Shown here one piece after another: positions 34,376 through 44,100 of a stretch of DNA of 49,026 bases. Location of the stretch: contig CAZUHU010000006.1 in the NCBI GenBank assembly GCA_964620645.1, forward strand, positions 1-49,026, written 5' to 3'. Within the stretch, counting starts at the first letter, position 1; each line of letters opens with the position of its first letter. The position numbers and the translations under genes are program-made. Origin of the DNA: an uncultured Chitinophaga sp. (lineage in GTDB: Bacteria > Bacteroidota > Bacteroidia > Chitinophagales > LD1). The notes beneath the pieces are model-generated. The model ran no database searches and had not been told where the DNA came from. It was given only the letters and a program-made list of their open reading frames with translations.

Positions 34376-36769
34376 CTATTGCGCGCCGGTAATACATAAT
34401 TGTTTTGCAGTAATCTTTCCGTTGTTGTTTACATGCACCAGAATATATGCAGCATCAACCTGGCTAAGTGTTTTGGTGTAAATACCGGCTTTGGTCCAGG
34501 TATCTTCCATCAGCTTTTGGCCAAGGATGTTGTATACATCTATCTGTGCTTTTACCTGTTTCACCTTACTGAAATCGATAAAGATGTTGCTTTCGTTGCT
34601 CCACATACGGATAGCTTCTTTATCTAAATTATCAATACCGGTTGCAGACTTAGCTGTTACGGTTACCTGCTGTTGCACGGTTGATGAACAACCGTCGGCA
34701 TTAGTAACAGTAAGCGTTACGGTGTAAACACCTTCGCTTTGGTATTGGTGGGTTGCAGTAGCTGTAGTGGCTATAGCGCCATCGCCAAAGTTCCACTCTG
34801 TGGCAGTTGCATTAACTGTGGTAGAAGTAAACGTAATGTCCTCAGCAGTTTCAGCAGTCGTTTTATCAACTGTCATTGAGGCGGTCATTGCCTGAACACC
34901 GTTAACCTGAACATTCTTAACAACGGTGTAACCGCTGCTATCAACAAGGGTTACCTGGTAAACACCGGCAGGTACACTTAGGTGAAATGGGCTCACAACA
35001 CTAAGTGCACCATTACCGATGTTATTTCCTTGTATGTCATTTACGCTTACCGTCCAGGCTGCAGCGCCTTCCTGTGCCAGTTCAATTTCTCCCAAGCTTT
35101 CGCATGTGGCATTTAAAGTATTTACCTGAACAGCAGGGGTAAAATGCAATACAAACCTGTAACGGCTGTCAGTTGCTGCACTGCTGAAGCTGTAGTCCCC
35201 CTGCCTAACGTTATGCATAATGTGGAGTTTAGTATCCTCCAGCGTGATATAAGAAGTGGCATCAAAAGAAGTAAGGCCGTCAAAACTTAAAGTATAGTTG
35301 CCGTTAATGCCGGGCTCAAAACCAACAGGCACACGCATGGGTTGCGTGGGCGGCGGCAAGGTATTAAGGCAATACCATTCGGCCGTATCAGAAGTATAGC
35401 TGAATAAGGTATGCCGATTAAGTGCGCCTGCCATTTTCAATCCATCAAAAGCATTATCATAATGCGCTGTAGCGTTTGCATTAAAAGCAACAGTGGTTAC
35501 ATCTAACAACCCTGTTGCATTGTTAGCTGCCTTAATAACCAATTGCTCATTAGTTTGCTTCTGGTAATTGGGGTTATTGCCCTTTACCCTTTGCGTTGCA
35601 TTTATTACATACGAAGCAGGCCCCGGCGCGCTGCGATGCACCATAAAACCCTGGAAGGGCGCTACCACAGTTGCAGGTTGATAGCTTCCGGCAAAAGCTC
35701 CGTTTGTATTCCACACCATTTTAAGCACATCAAAGCCGGTTACCGCGCCACTTATATCCAGTTCGGCAAGGTAGGGGTTAGCTACCAGGTGCCAACCGGA
35801 GGCTACGGGGTGGCCCTGTAGCGTTACATTAAGCCAGTTGCTGTTATCTAAATTGTTAAGTGTATACGAAGAGGCAAGGTTAGGTTGTCCGGTAAGAGAA
35901 AGCACGCCTGAGCCTGTTTTATAAATAGAATAGCCCTGTGCGTTTTGCGTATTGCCGGCCACTTCAACTTTCCAACCGGCGGTGGAACATACCGCCCCTT
36001 GTGTTTCATCATAACTGAACACGGTACCGAAAGGGGACCCTACTGCAACCTGTGTTTCATCACAAGTGCCTACAGGCACTACATAGCCCGGTGTACCCGT
36101 GGCGCCCAGTTGGCTAAAAGCCACGTTATCTACAGGCGAACCTAAAAAGTGCTGGTAATAGGCGCCCGATGCCGCTGCATCGTAGTAACGTTCTGCCGTT
36201 ACTGGCCCCGTAATTGTACCGTTATAGCCAGGGCTAAAATTATCGATAATTGCAGCTTGTGCAGCATAAGTGCTTTTGAATGTCAGCACTCCACCGGTGG
36301 TAGCAAAATTACCGGTCTGCAACTGCAATTCGGAATAAATGTTTACCGCTGCGCCCGGCTGCATAACAACCCCTGCCGTGTTATTAATCCGCAGCATGCT
36401 TATCTCTATCATGCCCGAAACATTCTGGCTGCTGCTACCGGAAAGAACAAAAGCACCGCTACCCAGCACCAGGGCGTTGGAACTTGTTCCACCGGTAACA
36501 TTGCCACATACATCTATATTGCCGATAACCAAAAGCAGTGTGTTATCCTGTATTTCAATATCATGAACACTAACAGATGAGATTAACACAGGATCGTTAC
36601 CTGTATATGGTATCAATACATCAGCAGTGCAACCGTTAGGCACCACACCATTACTCCAATTGGAGGGGGTGCCCCAATCGCTGGTATTTCCCAGCCATGT
36701 ATTAAGGCCAAAAGCATTAACAGTAGCCACCAGCATGGCAACAACAAGAAAAAGAGAATTTCTAATCAT
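34376..36769 (-). CDS. T9SS cargo protein: stand-alone copy of the C-terminal module of the giant gene (PKD domain + type A-like CTD)
   Basis: The ATG at 36769 gives signal peptide MIRNSLFLVVAMLVATVNAFG (track start 36823 rejected). The mature protein starts with NTWLGNTSDWGTPSNWSNGVVP and is collinear with residues from CGANTWLGGTNDWHTAGNWSNGFVP to the end of the 41116 ORF. The two share GWH-x-VANPYLA, PFQGF-x-VHRS and RFVLHFTPA. A PKD-like stretch (WNFGDGAIATT...YTVTLTVTNADGCSS) is followed by a CTD. Confidence 0.85.
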   Translation of the reverse strand: MIRNSLFLVVAMLVATVNAFGLNTWLGNTSDWGTPSNWSNGVVPNGCTADVLIPYTGNDPVLISSVSVHDIEIQDNTLLLVIGNIDVCGNVTGGTSSNALVLGSGAFVLSGSSSQNVSGMIEISMLRINNTAGVVMQPGAAVNIYSELQLQTGNFATTGGVLTFKSTYAAQAAIIDNFSPGYNGTITGPVTAERYYDAAASGAYYQHFLGSPVDNVAFSQLGATGTPGYVVPVGTCDETQVAVGSPFGTVFSYDETQGAVCSTAGWKVEVAGNTQNAQGYSIYKTGSGVLSLTGQPNLASSYTLNNLDNSNWLNVTLQGHPVASGWHLVANPYLAELDISGAVTGFDVLKMVWNTNGAFAGSYQPATVVAPFQGFMVHRSAPGPASYVINATQRVKGNNPNYQKQTNEQLVIKAANNATGLLDVTTVAFNANATAHYDNAFDGLKMAGALNRHTLFSYTSDTAEWYCLNTLPPPTQPMRVPVGFEPGINGNYTLSFDGLTSFDATSYITLEDTKLHIMHNVRQGDYSFSSAATDSRYRFVLHFTPAVQVNTLNATCESLGEIELAQEGAAAWTVSVNDIQGNNIGNGALSVVSPFHLSVPAGVYQVTLVDSSGYTVVKNVQVNGVQAMTASMTVDKTTAETAEDITFTSTTVNATATEWNFGDGAIATTATATHQYQSEGVYTVTLTVTNADGCSSTVQQQVTVTAKSATGIDNLDKEAIRMWSNESNIFIDFSKVKQVKAQIDVYNILGQKLMEDTWTKAGIYTKTLSQVDAAYILVHVNNNGKITAKQLCITGAQ
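34409..34761 (-). repeat. Near-identical 353-bp tract, copy A (partner at 41149-41501)
   Basis: Compared block by block by eye with a constant offset of 6740 nt. The single mismatch is 34451 A versus 41191 T. Identity drops on both sides, in the last 11 codons plus 3' flank and upstream of 34762. Confidence 0.9.
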
Positions 36770-36804
36770 ATTAATTATTTTTTGAAACATAAAAAGGAAG
36801 GGAG

Positions 36805-36837
36805 CGGGGGGCTGAATAAGCATGAAAACAGCCCCCG
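36805..36837 (-). terminator. Rho-independent terminator after the SBBP-repeat gene (reverse strand)
   Basis: The reverse strand reads CGGGGGCTG-(14-nt loop)-CAGCCCCCCG, a 9-bp stem with a 1-nt bulge, followed by CTCCCTTCCTTTTTATG. Confidence 0.6.
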
Positions 36838-36864
36838 AACTCGCACATAACGCTCCCTTGATTT

Positions 36865-39465
36865 TTACAGCTTAACCAGTTTAGCGTTAAATGGCCTGCT
36901 GCCGTTAGAAATACGTATAAAGTAAGTTCCACTGACCAGGCGGTGCACATCAAGCCTTGTAATGGCTTGTGTTAAAAGCAAAGTCATTACAAGGCTTCCG
37001 TCCAATGCAAACATTTCCATAGTGCCTTCATTACCGGTAAGCTTTGTTTCTATCTCAATAGTTACTATATCCAAAAAAGGATTGGGCCCTATACTAACCT
37101 CTCTGGATTTAGTTTCCGCTATGCCCACTCCGCCTGCAGTGTAACAGCTTGAAGTATCAACGCACCCCGCATTGGTTGTTACCACCACAGCATAATTGCC
37201 CAATTGAGTTGCGATAAATGAGGAGGTTGTTTCTCCGTTAACAGCATCGCCATTTGCACAATCAATCCACTGGTATGTTCCATTTGTTTGAGAGCAGATA
37301 AGCGTATCACCGTTTTGAGTAACGCTGGCATCAACCGTGTTTACAATTACAGATATAGTATCAAAAGCCTGGCAGCCTGCATTTGTTTCTACCGTTACAT
37401 AGTACTGCGTAGTTTGCGAGGGGGCAACATCTATAGTTGAGGTTACTGCACCCGTGGACCATGTATAATTATCGCCATTAAAATTCTGATCGCTGATAGT
37501 GGTGCTTTCCCCTGCACAAACATCAGTTGCATCTAATTCCGGATTAGGGTAGGCATTTACATAAACGTCAACGGTTGCTGTATCAACACATCCGTTGGCG
37601 GCAGTGCCGGTAACAACAAAACTAAGCGGGCCTACAGCAGTAGTGGGCACCGTAGCTCCTGAGTTTACGTCACCTGTATTCCATACATAGCTAATTGCGC
37701 CTCCCGCATATAACGTTATATCGGTGCCTACGCATACATCGCCTGAAGTGGCAGTAGCAGTTACATTGGGCACCTGCTTTACGTAAATAGTTTTTGCGGT
37801 TCTCGCACCTGCGCCGCAAGTACTATCTTGCGCCCAAACCACAAAAGGGCTTTGAACATTTGGCAAATTATATGTTCCACTTGCAAGGCAGGTGCCTGCA
37901 GTCGGACTGTCGTACCAGCTTATCACCCCGTTACCGGAAGCAGAAAGACTTACAGCAAAACCTGAGCAAATCGAATCTGAAGGAGAAGCGGACACTGTTG
38001 GCGCCGGAGGAAAGTTGCAGTCGGCAAACTTTACGATAAAGCCTTCCTGCGAATTGCTAGTTGTTTCCAGCTTTCTGTTAACCGGGCTTATGTCAACATC
38101 TATATTGATGTTAAAATAGCCCGTTAAGTAAATAGCTGAATTGTTATCAATACAAAGCCCGTTACCAAGGCTGTTGCCCCCGTTAACCAAAGGGTAACCC
38201 CAAATGGGCAGTCCCGTTGTTGAGTATTTCAAAAGGTAAGGATCATGGCCCGATGTATTTACCCGTAGCGTATCAGGGCCGGGGTTAGCATCAAAAGCGC
38301 CCTCGGAATAACCGGTTACATATACGTTTGAGCTTGCATCTAAAGCAACGGTAAAGGCAGTTGTATTAAATGTGCCCCAATAACCGTTCACCCATTGGTA
38401 AACACCTGCCGATGAATACTTGGCAACATAGCCACTCACATAATTGGTTGCCGGTGCCGAAACTATAGCCGTGCCAGCTGTTGGATCAAAATCTGTGCTG
38501 CCGTTAATATAGCCGCATACGTAAGCACTGCCTGTGGCATCAACTGCCACGCCTAGGGCAAAATCTATAGCGTTAGGTCCACCAATGCTTACGCTCCAGC
38601 TTAAAATTAAAGAAGGGTTATACTTTGCCAGGAAAGCATCGCCGGCACCATTGGAGGTCATATTGCTGACTGCTCCCCCTGGGTTAAAATTAACCGTGCC
38701 CGCATAACGGCCGCTAACCAAAAAGTTGCCAGTAGCGTCTATAGCCAGGTCAATTCCAAAATCCTCACCTGTTCCACCCACTCTTCTTTCATTAACAAAA
38801 ATCCCTGCAGTGGTGTATTGTGCAATAAATATATCGTGCGCCCCTGCCGAGGTATCATTCTTTACAGCTGCAGCCGGATTAAAGTCAGCTATAGAAAAGA
38901 AGCGACCTGTTATACAGATATTTCCATTTGCAGGGTTAACACAAATGGCTGAAGCAAAGTCATCATCAGGTCCACCCATGGCACCGGCCCACAGGTAGTT
39001 TCCGGAGGTATCATACTTGGCCAGAAAAATATCATTGTAACCAACTGCACCTAACTTGTTAGTTGCCGCCGAGGGGTTAAAATCAGCAGTATCAGTAAAA
39101 TAACCTGTTATCCAGATATTACCGGATTGATCAAGCGCAAGGTCATAAGCCTCTTCGGCACCGGGCCCCCCGATACTTTTTGCCCACTGTAATTGGCCGG
39201 AAGAAGAGTATTTGGCAATAAAAATATCTAAGCCCGAGTTTACGGAGGACAAAACCGTGCTGCCGCTGCTAAAATCAAAGTCAACATTACTGCCGGCATA
39301 ATAGCCTGCAACATACACGTTACCTGCTCCATCAGTTTTTACAGCCTTAACCATATCGGTACCACTTCCGCTTACTGCCCCCGCCCAGTTATAAGCAGGG
39401 CCGGTTACAGCCCCCGAAAAAAGATAAGAACACATTGCAAGCAACAGGAGTAGATGTTTCTGCAT
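36865..39465 (-). CDS. SBBP (beta-propeller) repeat protein with Ig-like modules and a T9SS type A C-terminal domain
   Basis: 866 aa with a signal peptide. About ten repeats follow the pattern D-x-x-GN-x-Y/W-V/I-TGY-x(n)-DF (for example DGAGNVYVAGYYAGSNVDFD, DQSGNIWITGYFTDTADFNP, DASSNVYVTGYSEGAFDANP). Cys-bracketed Ig-like modules come next, then the C-terminus VSIGPNPFLDIVTIEI...GTYFIRISNGSRPFNAKLVKL. Confidence 0.85.
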   Translation of the reverse strand: MQKHLLLLLAMCSYLFSGAVTGPAYNWAGAVSGSGTDMVKAVKTDGAGNVYVAGYYAGSNVDFDFSSGSTVLSSVNSGLDIFIAKYSSSGQLQWAKSIGGPGAEEAYDLALDQSGNIWITGYFTDTADFNPSAATNKLGAVGYNDIFLAKYDTSGNYLWAGAMGGPDDDFASAICVNPANGNICITGRFFSIADFNPAAAVKNDTSAGAHDIFIAQYTTAGIFVNERRVGGTGEDFGIDLAIDATGNFLVSGRYAGTVNFNPGGAVSNMTSNGAGDAFLAKYNPSLILSWSVSIGGPNAIDFALGVAVDATGSAYVCGYINGSTDFDPTAGTAIVSAPATNYVSGYVAKYSSAGVYQWVNGYWGTFNTTAFTVALDASSNVYVTGYSEGAFDANPGPDTLRVNTSGHDPYLLKYSTTGLPIWGYPLVNGGNSLGNGLCIDNNSAIYLTGYFNINIDVDISPVNRKLETTSNSQEGFIVKFADCNFPPAPTVSASPSDSICSGFAVSLSASGNGVISWYDSPTAGTCLASGTYNLPNVQSPFVVWAQDSTCGAGARTAKTIYVKQVPNVTATATSGDVCVGTDITLYAGGAISYVWNTGDVNSGATVPTTAVGPLSFVVTGTAANGCVDTATVDVYVNAYPNPELDATDVCAGESTTISDQNFNGDNYTWSTGAVTSTIDVAPSQTTQYYVTVETNAGCQAFDTISVIVNTVDASVTQNGDTLICSQTNGTYQWIDCANGDAVNGETTSSFIATQLGNYAVVVTTNAGCVDTSSCYTAGGVGIAETKSREVSIGPNPFLDIVTIEIETKLTGNEGTMEMFALDGSLVMTLLLTQAITRLDVHRLVSGTYFIRISNGSRPFNAKLVKL

Positions 39466-39583
39466 AAGGGAGAGTTTATCGTTATTAATGGCACAAAGGA
39501 GGGAGTAAGCAGAGGCTATTAAAAAACTAAATTGACATCAAATTAGGCTAGTCAAAACATCCTTTTTTAGCTATCTTGCCCCC

Positions 39584-41056
39584 ATGGCCACCCAAAAAGA
39601 ACTATACGAGCTGGTTCATTCGCTGGATAAAAACGAGAAGAAACACGTTAGCCTCATGATAAATGCCCTTGGTGGCAAAGGGCGAGACCGGTATGCTTAC
39701 GTTTTCGATACTATAAACAAGCAGAAGGACTATGACGAAGCAAAACTGAAACTGAAACTCGCCAGGGGGGTAAGCGGCATGAACCTTTCTGAAGCCAACA
39801 ACTATGTATACGATTTCATTTGCAAGGCCGTAATAAGCTATTTACCTGGTCAAAATTTAGGCTACTCAAATCATCTAAAGTTCATCGAGTTTCTAATTAA
39901 TAAGAAGCTATTGGATAGCGGGCATAAGCAATTACAAAAGCTTATACCTGAACTGGAAAGTGCCGGCTCGCATTCGCAGTTGTTACGCGCCTACGAACTG
40001 CAGGAGTTTGTAACAATACAGCACCCCGGGGTTAATGCCGACTATGGTTTCCGTTCGCGCTTTTTCGAAAAACGGTTAACGGCAATAAGAAATCAATTGC
40101 AAAATGTGGAAATACTGCAGCTGCAGTACCGCTTTCACAAGGCCGCTAAGGAGGTTGGCCAGCCCCGCACCAAAGCACAACTGAAGCCTTTTGAAGAACT
40201 ATGGGAAAACCCATTACTGAACTACCCGCTTGAGAAAATAGAGCGGAGCTCAATAGTGCCTTACCTGCTTATGAAGATATCGCTGGCGGCCGCACTATAC
40301 AAACCCGAGGCTTATCAAATAGCTGTTGATGCAGTTAAGTTTATACAAACCAACTTTAAGGAAAAGAGTTTTGAAAACCGCGAAGCCAACCTTTTAAACA
40401 CCTTGCTTACGTTAATGATTACCCAACCCGAGGTAAACTACGGCGAGTTGCAATGGGCTACCAGAAGGATGCGCGAGATTAAAAAGAGCAACCAACACCC
40501 CGTAATATGGCAGCAACGCGAGGCGAAGATTATAATGGCTGAGTTAAGCTATTACCTGAAGAGAAAGCAATACAAAAAAGCCACCGCTTACTTTGAGCAA
40601 ATTATAAAGCCTGAAGTAAAAGATACGTGGACAGGCTCGCTGGTTAACTATGCCGTACCATGGATGGGGGCGCGCCTTTACTTTTTGGACCGAAACCCCG
40701 ATAAAGCACTTGACTGCCTTTTAATGATACAGGGCCAGGAAAAAACCATGAGCCCCAATGTTTTTATTGATTACAAATTCCTTTCGTTAATGTGCCATTA
40801 CAAACAGGAAAACCATAGCCTGGTTATAAGCACAGCCGACTCCCTATATAAACGTTTACGCAAAACAGAAAAGCTGTATGCCCCTGAAAAAGCTATGCTT
40901 AGCTTTGTAAAAAGCAGCGGCACTATAGAAAAAATGAAGCACAACATGCGCCGTCTGTATGATACCTTTCGTGTTTTAAAGAAAGACCCTTTTAACTCTT
41001 CATTCTTCTTATACAGCGATTACATAGAGTGGCTAAAAATGGAATTGGAGAAATAG
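39584..41056 (+). CDS. Hypothetical cytoplasmic all-helical protein (490 aa), no family recognised
   Basis: Clean ORF with no signal peptide or TM helix and a K/E/L-rich helical-repeat character. It is divergent from the SBBP gene and convergent with the giant gene. Confidence 0.65.
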   Translation: MATQKELYELVHSLDKNEKKHVSLMINALGGKGRDRYAYVFDTINKQKDYDEAKLKLKLARGVSGMNLSEANNYVYDFICKAVISYLPGQNLGYSNHLKFIEFLINKKLLDSGHKQLQKLIPELESAGSHSQLLRAYELQEFVTIQHPGVNADYGFRSRFFEKRLTAIRNQLQNVEILQLQYRFHKAAKEVGQPRTKAQLKPFEELWENPLLNYPLEKIERSSIVPYLLMKISLAAALYKPEAYQIAVDAVKFIQTNFKEKSFENREANLLNTLLTLMITQPEVNYGELQWATRRMREIKKSNQHPVIWQQREAKIIMAELSYYLKRKQYKKATAYFEQIIKPEVKDTWTGSLVNYAVPWMGARLYFLDRNPDKALDCLLMIQGQEKTMSPNVFIDYKFLSLMCHYKQENHSLVISTADSLYKRLRKTEKLYAPEKAMLSFVKSSGTIEKMKHNMRRLYDTFRVLKKDPFNSSFFLYSDYIEWLKMELEK

Positions 41057-41060
41057 GCAC

Positions 41061-41093
41061 AAAAAAAGCGGCCCCGTTATAAACGGGGCCGCT
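41061..41093 (-). terminator. Rho-independent terminator for the giant gene (reverse strand)
   Basis: AGCGGCCCCG-TTATAAA-CGGGGCCGCT is a 10-bp stem preceded on the + strand by AAAAAA, which is a T-run on the reverse strand. It lies 23 nt past the stop. The stem core GGCCCCG/CGGGGCC resembles the terminator at 34327-34352. Confidence 0.75.
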
Positions 41094-41115
41094 CAAATGG
41101 ATACAATCGTAAAGG

Positions 41116-44100
41116 CTATTTAGTGCCTGTTATAAATAATTTTTGCGTAGTAATCTTTCCGTTGTTGTTTACATGCACCAGAATATATGCTGCATCAACC
41201 TGGCTAAGTGTTTTGGTGTAAATACCGGCTTTGGTCCAGGTATCTTCCATCAGCTTTTGGCCAAGGATGTTGTATACATCTATCTGTGCTTTTACCTGTT
41301 TCACCTTACTGAAATCGATAAAGATGTTGCTTTCGTTGCTCCACATACGGATAGCTTCTTTATCTAAATTATCAATACCGGTTGCAGACTTAGCTGTTAC
41401 GGTTACCTGCTGTTGCACGGTTGATGAACAACCGTCGGCATTAGTAACAGTAAGCGTTACGGTGTAAACACCTTCGCTTTGGTATTGGTGGGTTGCAGTA
41501 GTTGTAGTGGCTATAGCGCCATCACCAAAGTTCCATTCGGTAGTGGTTGCGTTAGCTGTGGTAGAAGTAAAGGTAATGTCCTCAGTAGTTTCAGCAGTGT
41601 TTTTATCTGCAGTCATACCTGCCGCAATGGTTTGCACACCATTAATCTGCACGTTCTTAACTACTGTATAACCGCTGTTATCTACTAAAGTAACCTGGTA
41701 AACGCCTGATGTTGCACTTACAGCCACGCTGTTATTCTGGCTCAATGTTCCGCTGGCAATTACCACATTGTTCTGGTTGCTTACGGTGTAATTCCAGTTA
41801 GCAGAACCAGGTTGTTCAATAGTAATCTGGCCCATTGTGGCACAGCTTGCATCGGTAGTGCTAAAGGCAGCAGCCGGTGTAAAATGAAGTACAAAACGCT
41901 CATGAGCATCGGCAGTAGTGCTTTGGAAAGTATAAGTTGGGTTTTGTCTTAAATCAATCCACTGTCCGGTTAACTTATCTTCCAGAAACACATAGCTTGT
42001 AGGATCGAAGCTGTTAATGCCGCTTGCAGTAAAGGTAAACGTTCCGTTAGCGCCCGGTATAAAGTTCATAGGCACGTTTGGTGTTTCATCAATAGTGCGG
42101 TTTACGTTTATTGATAAACGTTCAGCATTGTTGGTGTTAAATGTAAAGATGGTAGGCTGGCCTAAAACGCTTAGTGGTTTGCGGTTATCGTAACCAAGGT
42201 CGTAAGCGTTAGTAGCATCCGAATTAAACTCTACGTAAGTAATATCATTAAAGCCGTTACCGCTAACCTGTATGTTCATAGCATACTGGCTGGCCTGCTT
42301 GTAGAAAGTTTGGCCGGCGTTAGTAGTACACTCACTCTTGTTAAATGTAAAGTTTACACTGCTTGAAGAGGAGCGGTGAACAATAAAGCCCTGGAACGGA
42401 GCAATGCTGCCTCCTGTAATTGGAATAGGCTGGTATGAACCGCTGAATGGTCCGCTGGTTACCCAAATAGCCGCTGCATCAAAATCAGGCGCGTGGCCAT
42501 TCAAGGTAAGCGGCGCCAGGTAAGGGTTAGCTACAATATGCCAGCCCGATTCGTAAGCCGCAGGAACAAACCCGAAGGTCTGAAGGGTGTTGCTTGCCCA
42601 GCCGATGTTATTCATACCGTTAACCGAGTAGCTTGCGCCCTGGTTAATGTTACCGGTAATGCTGAATACACCGTTTGGCAGAAAGGCAGAGTAACCGCGG
42701 CCTGCTTGTGTAGTACCGCTCACTTTTACTTCCCAACCGTTATACAAGCACTGTGCGTTTAGTGGCTTATCATCATGCCACTGGAATACGGTACCATAAG
42801 GGCTGTTAATAGCAGTTTGTGTTTGGTCGCAGTTCCAGGTTGGTAATACGTAACCCGCAACACCTGTTGCACCTAACTGGCCAAATGTGGCGTTGGTTAC
42901 CGGTGTGCCAAAGTAGTGCTGGTTAGTACCACCCACTGGCACAAAGCGCTGGGCAGTAGCATTACCGCTTAAGCTACCTGTAAAGCCTGCACTGAAGTTA
43001 TCAAGTATAGCAATTTGCGAGGCAGATGTGCTGCGGAAGCGTAAGGTAGCGCTGCCGGTGCTTAATACACCTGTTTGCAATTCTACTGCGTTAAACACAT
43101 CAACCGAAGCACCGGCCTGTAACGAAGCGCCTGCTGCGTTATTAAGGCGCAGGGTATTTACTTCCAGCTTGCCGCTTAATTGCTGGGCGCCGCTGCCACT
43201 TAATATTAAGCGGCCCGTGCCGTTAACCTGTGCCACGGTGCTTGCACCGCCGCTAAAGTTGCCGCATACATTAAGGTTAGCATTAAGGGTAAGTGTTGTT
43301 CCGTTTTGCAACTGAACGCTGCCTACGTTAACCGCACTGCTTAATACAGGGTTATTTGGTGTAACAGGTACTATAACATCATGCGAACACAAAGTAGGAA
43401 CAAAGCCGTTGCTCCAGTTGCCGGCAGTATGCCAATCGTTGGTGCCGCCTAACCAGGTGTTAGCGCCGCAGGTAGTTACGTTAACAGCTACTGTGCCTGT
43501 AGAAGTACAGCTTTGGTTATCTGTAACAGTTACATTATAAGTGCTATTGGTTGTTGGAGCCACTGAACCACCGGAAACGTTACCGGCTATACCGCTGCTC
43601 CATGCATAAGTGCTAATAGGATTGCTTCCTGCGGTTGCACCTGCTGAAATAGTAGAAGCTGCACCATTACATATAGTAGCCGGTGTAGCCGTAGGCGCTA
43701 AAACAGGTGGATTATAAACCACAAAGTTAGTAGCTGTGCGGCAAGTACTGTTTGAAGAACATGCAGCATAGAATGTAGTTGTACCCGGTGTATTAGGGTT
43801 AACCAGGCTTAAGCTTACAGGGTTTATTGATGAGCCTGTACCAACAACTGTGCCGCCTACAGCTGCACTATACCAGTTCATAGATACTGTACCAGGCAGC
43901 ATAATTTGACCGCCGCTTGGTGGTGTTACCGTCCATGTAAATGGCCCGGTATAAGTACCCGAAACAGTTGCATAAGTAGTTGAAACAAGCGTATAGGTAG
44001 TACCCGCATTTAAGGTAACAGTCATTAAAGGTTCGTTACCAGCAGCACCACCATCATCATCACCTATTACCCAGGTACCGCCGCCGGCACAGTTGCCGGG

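Noticed and set aside
34400-34727. Identical + strand ORF pairs (34400-34627 with 41143-41367, and 34491-34727 with 41231-41467)
   Set aside because: Their identity only mirrors the 353-bp conversion tract. They are antisense to well-supported CTD-coding sequence and are not independent duplicated genes.
36771-36953. 60-aa reverse-strand ORF spanning the 815-aa/SBBP intergenic region
   Set aside because: It runs across the SBBP gene stop and the terminator hairpin, and has no coding features.
34409-41501. Possibility that the near-identical tracts are a diversity-generating retroelement template/variable repeat pair
   Set aside because: No reverse transcriptase or accessory gene is present in the window. 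There is only one mismatch, which is not an adenine-specific pattern, and both copies lie in coding 3' ends. Gene conversion explains the data better.
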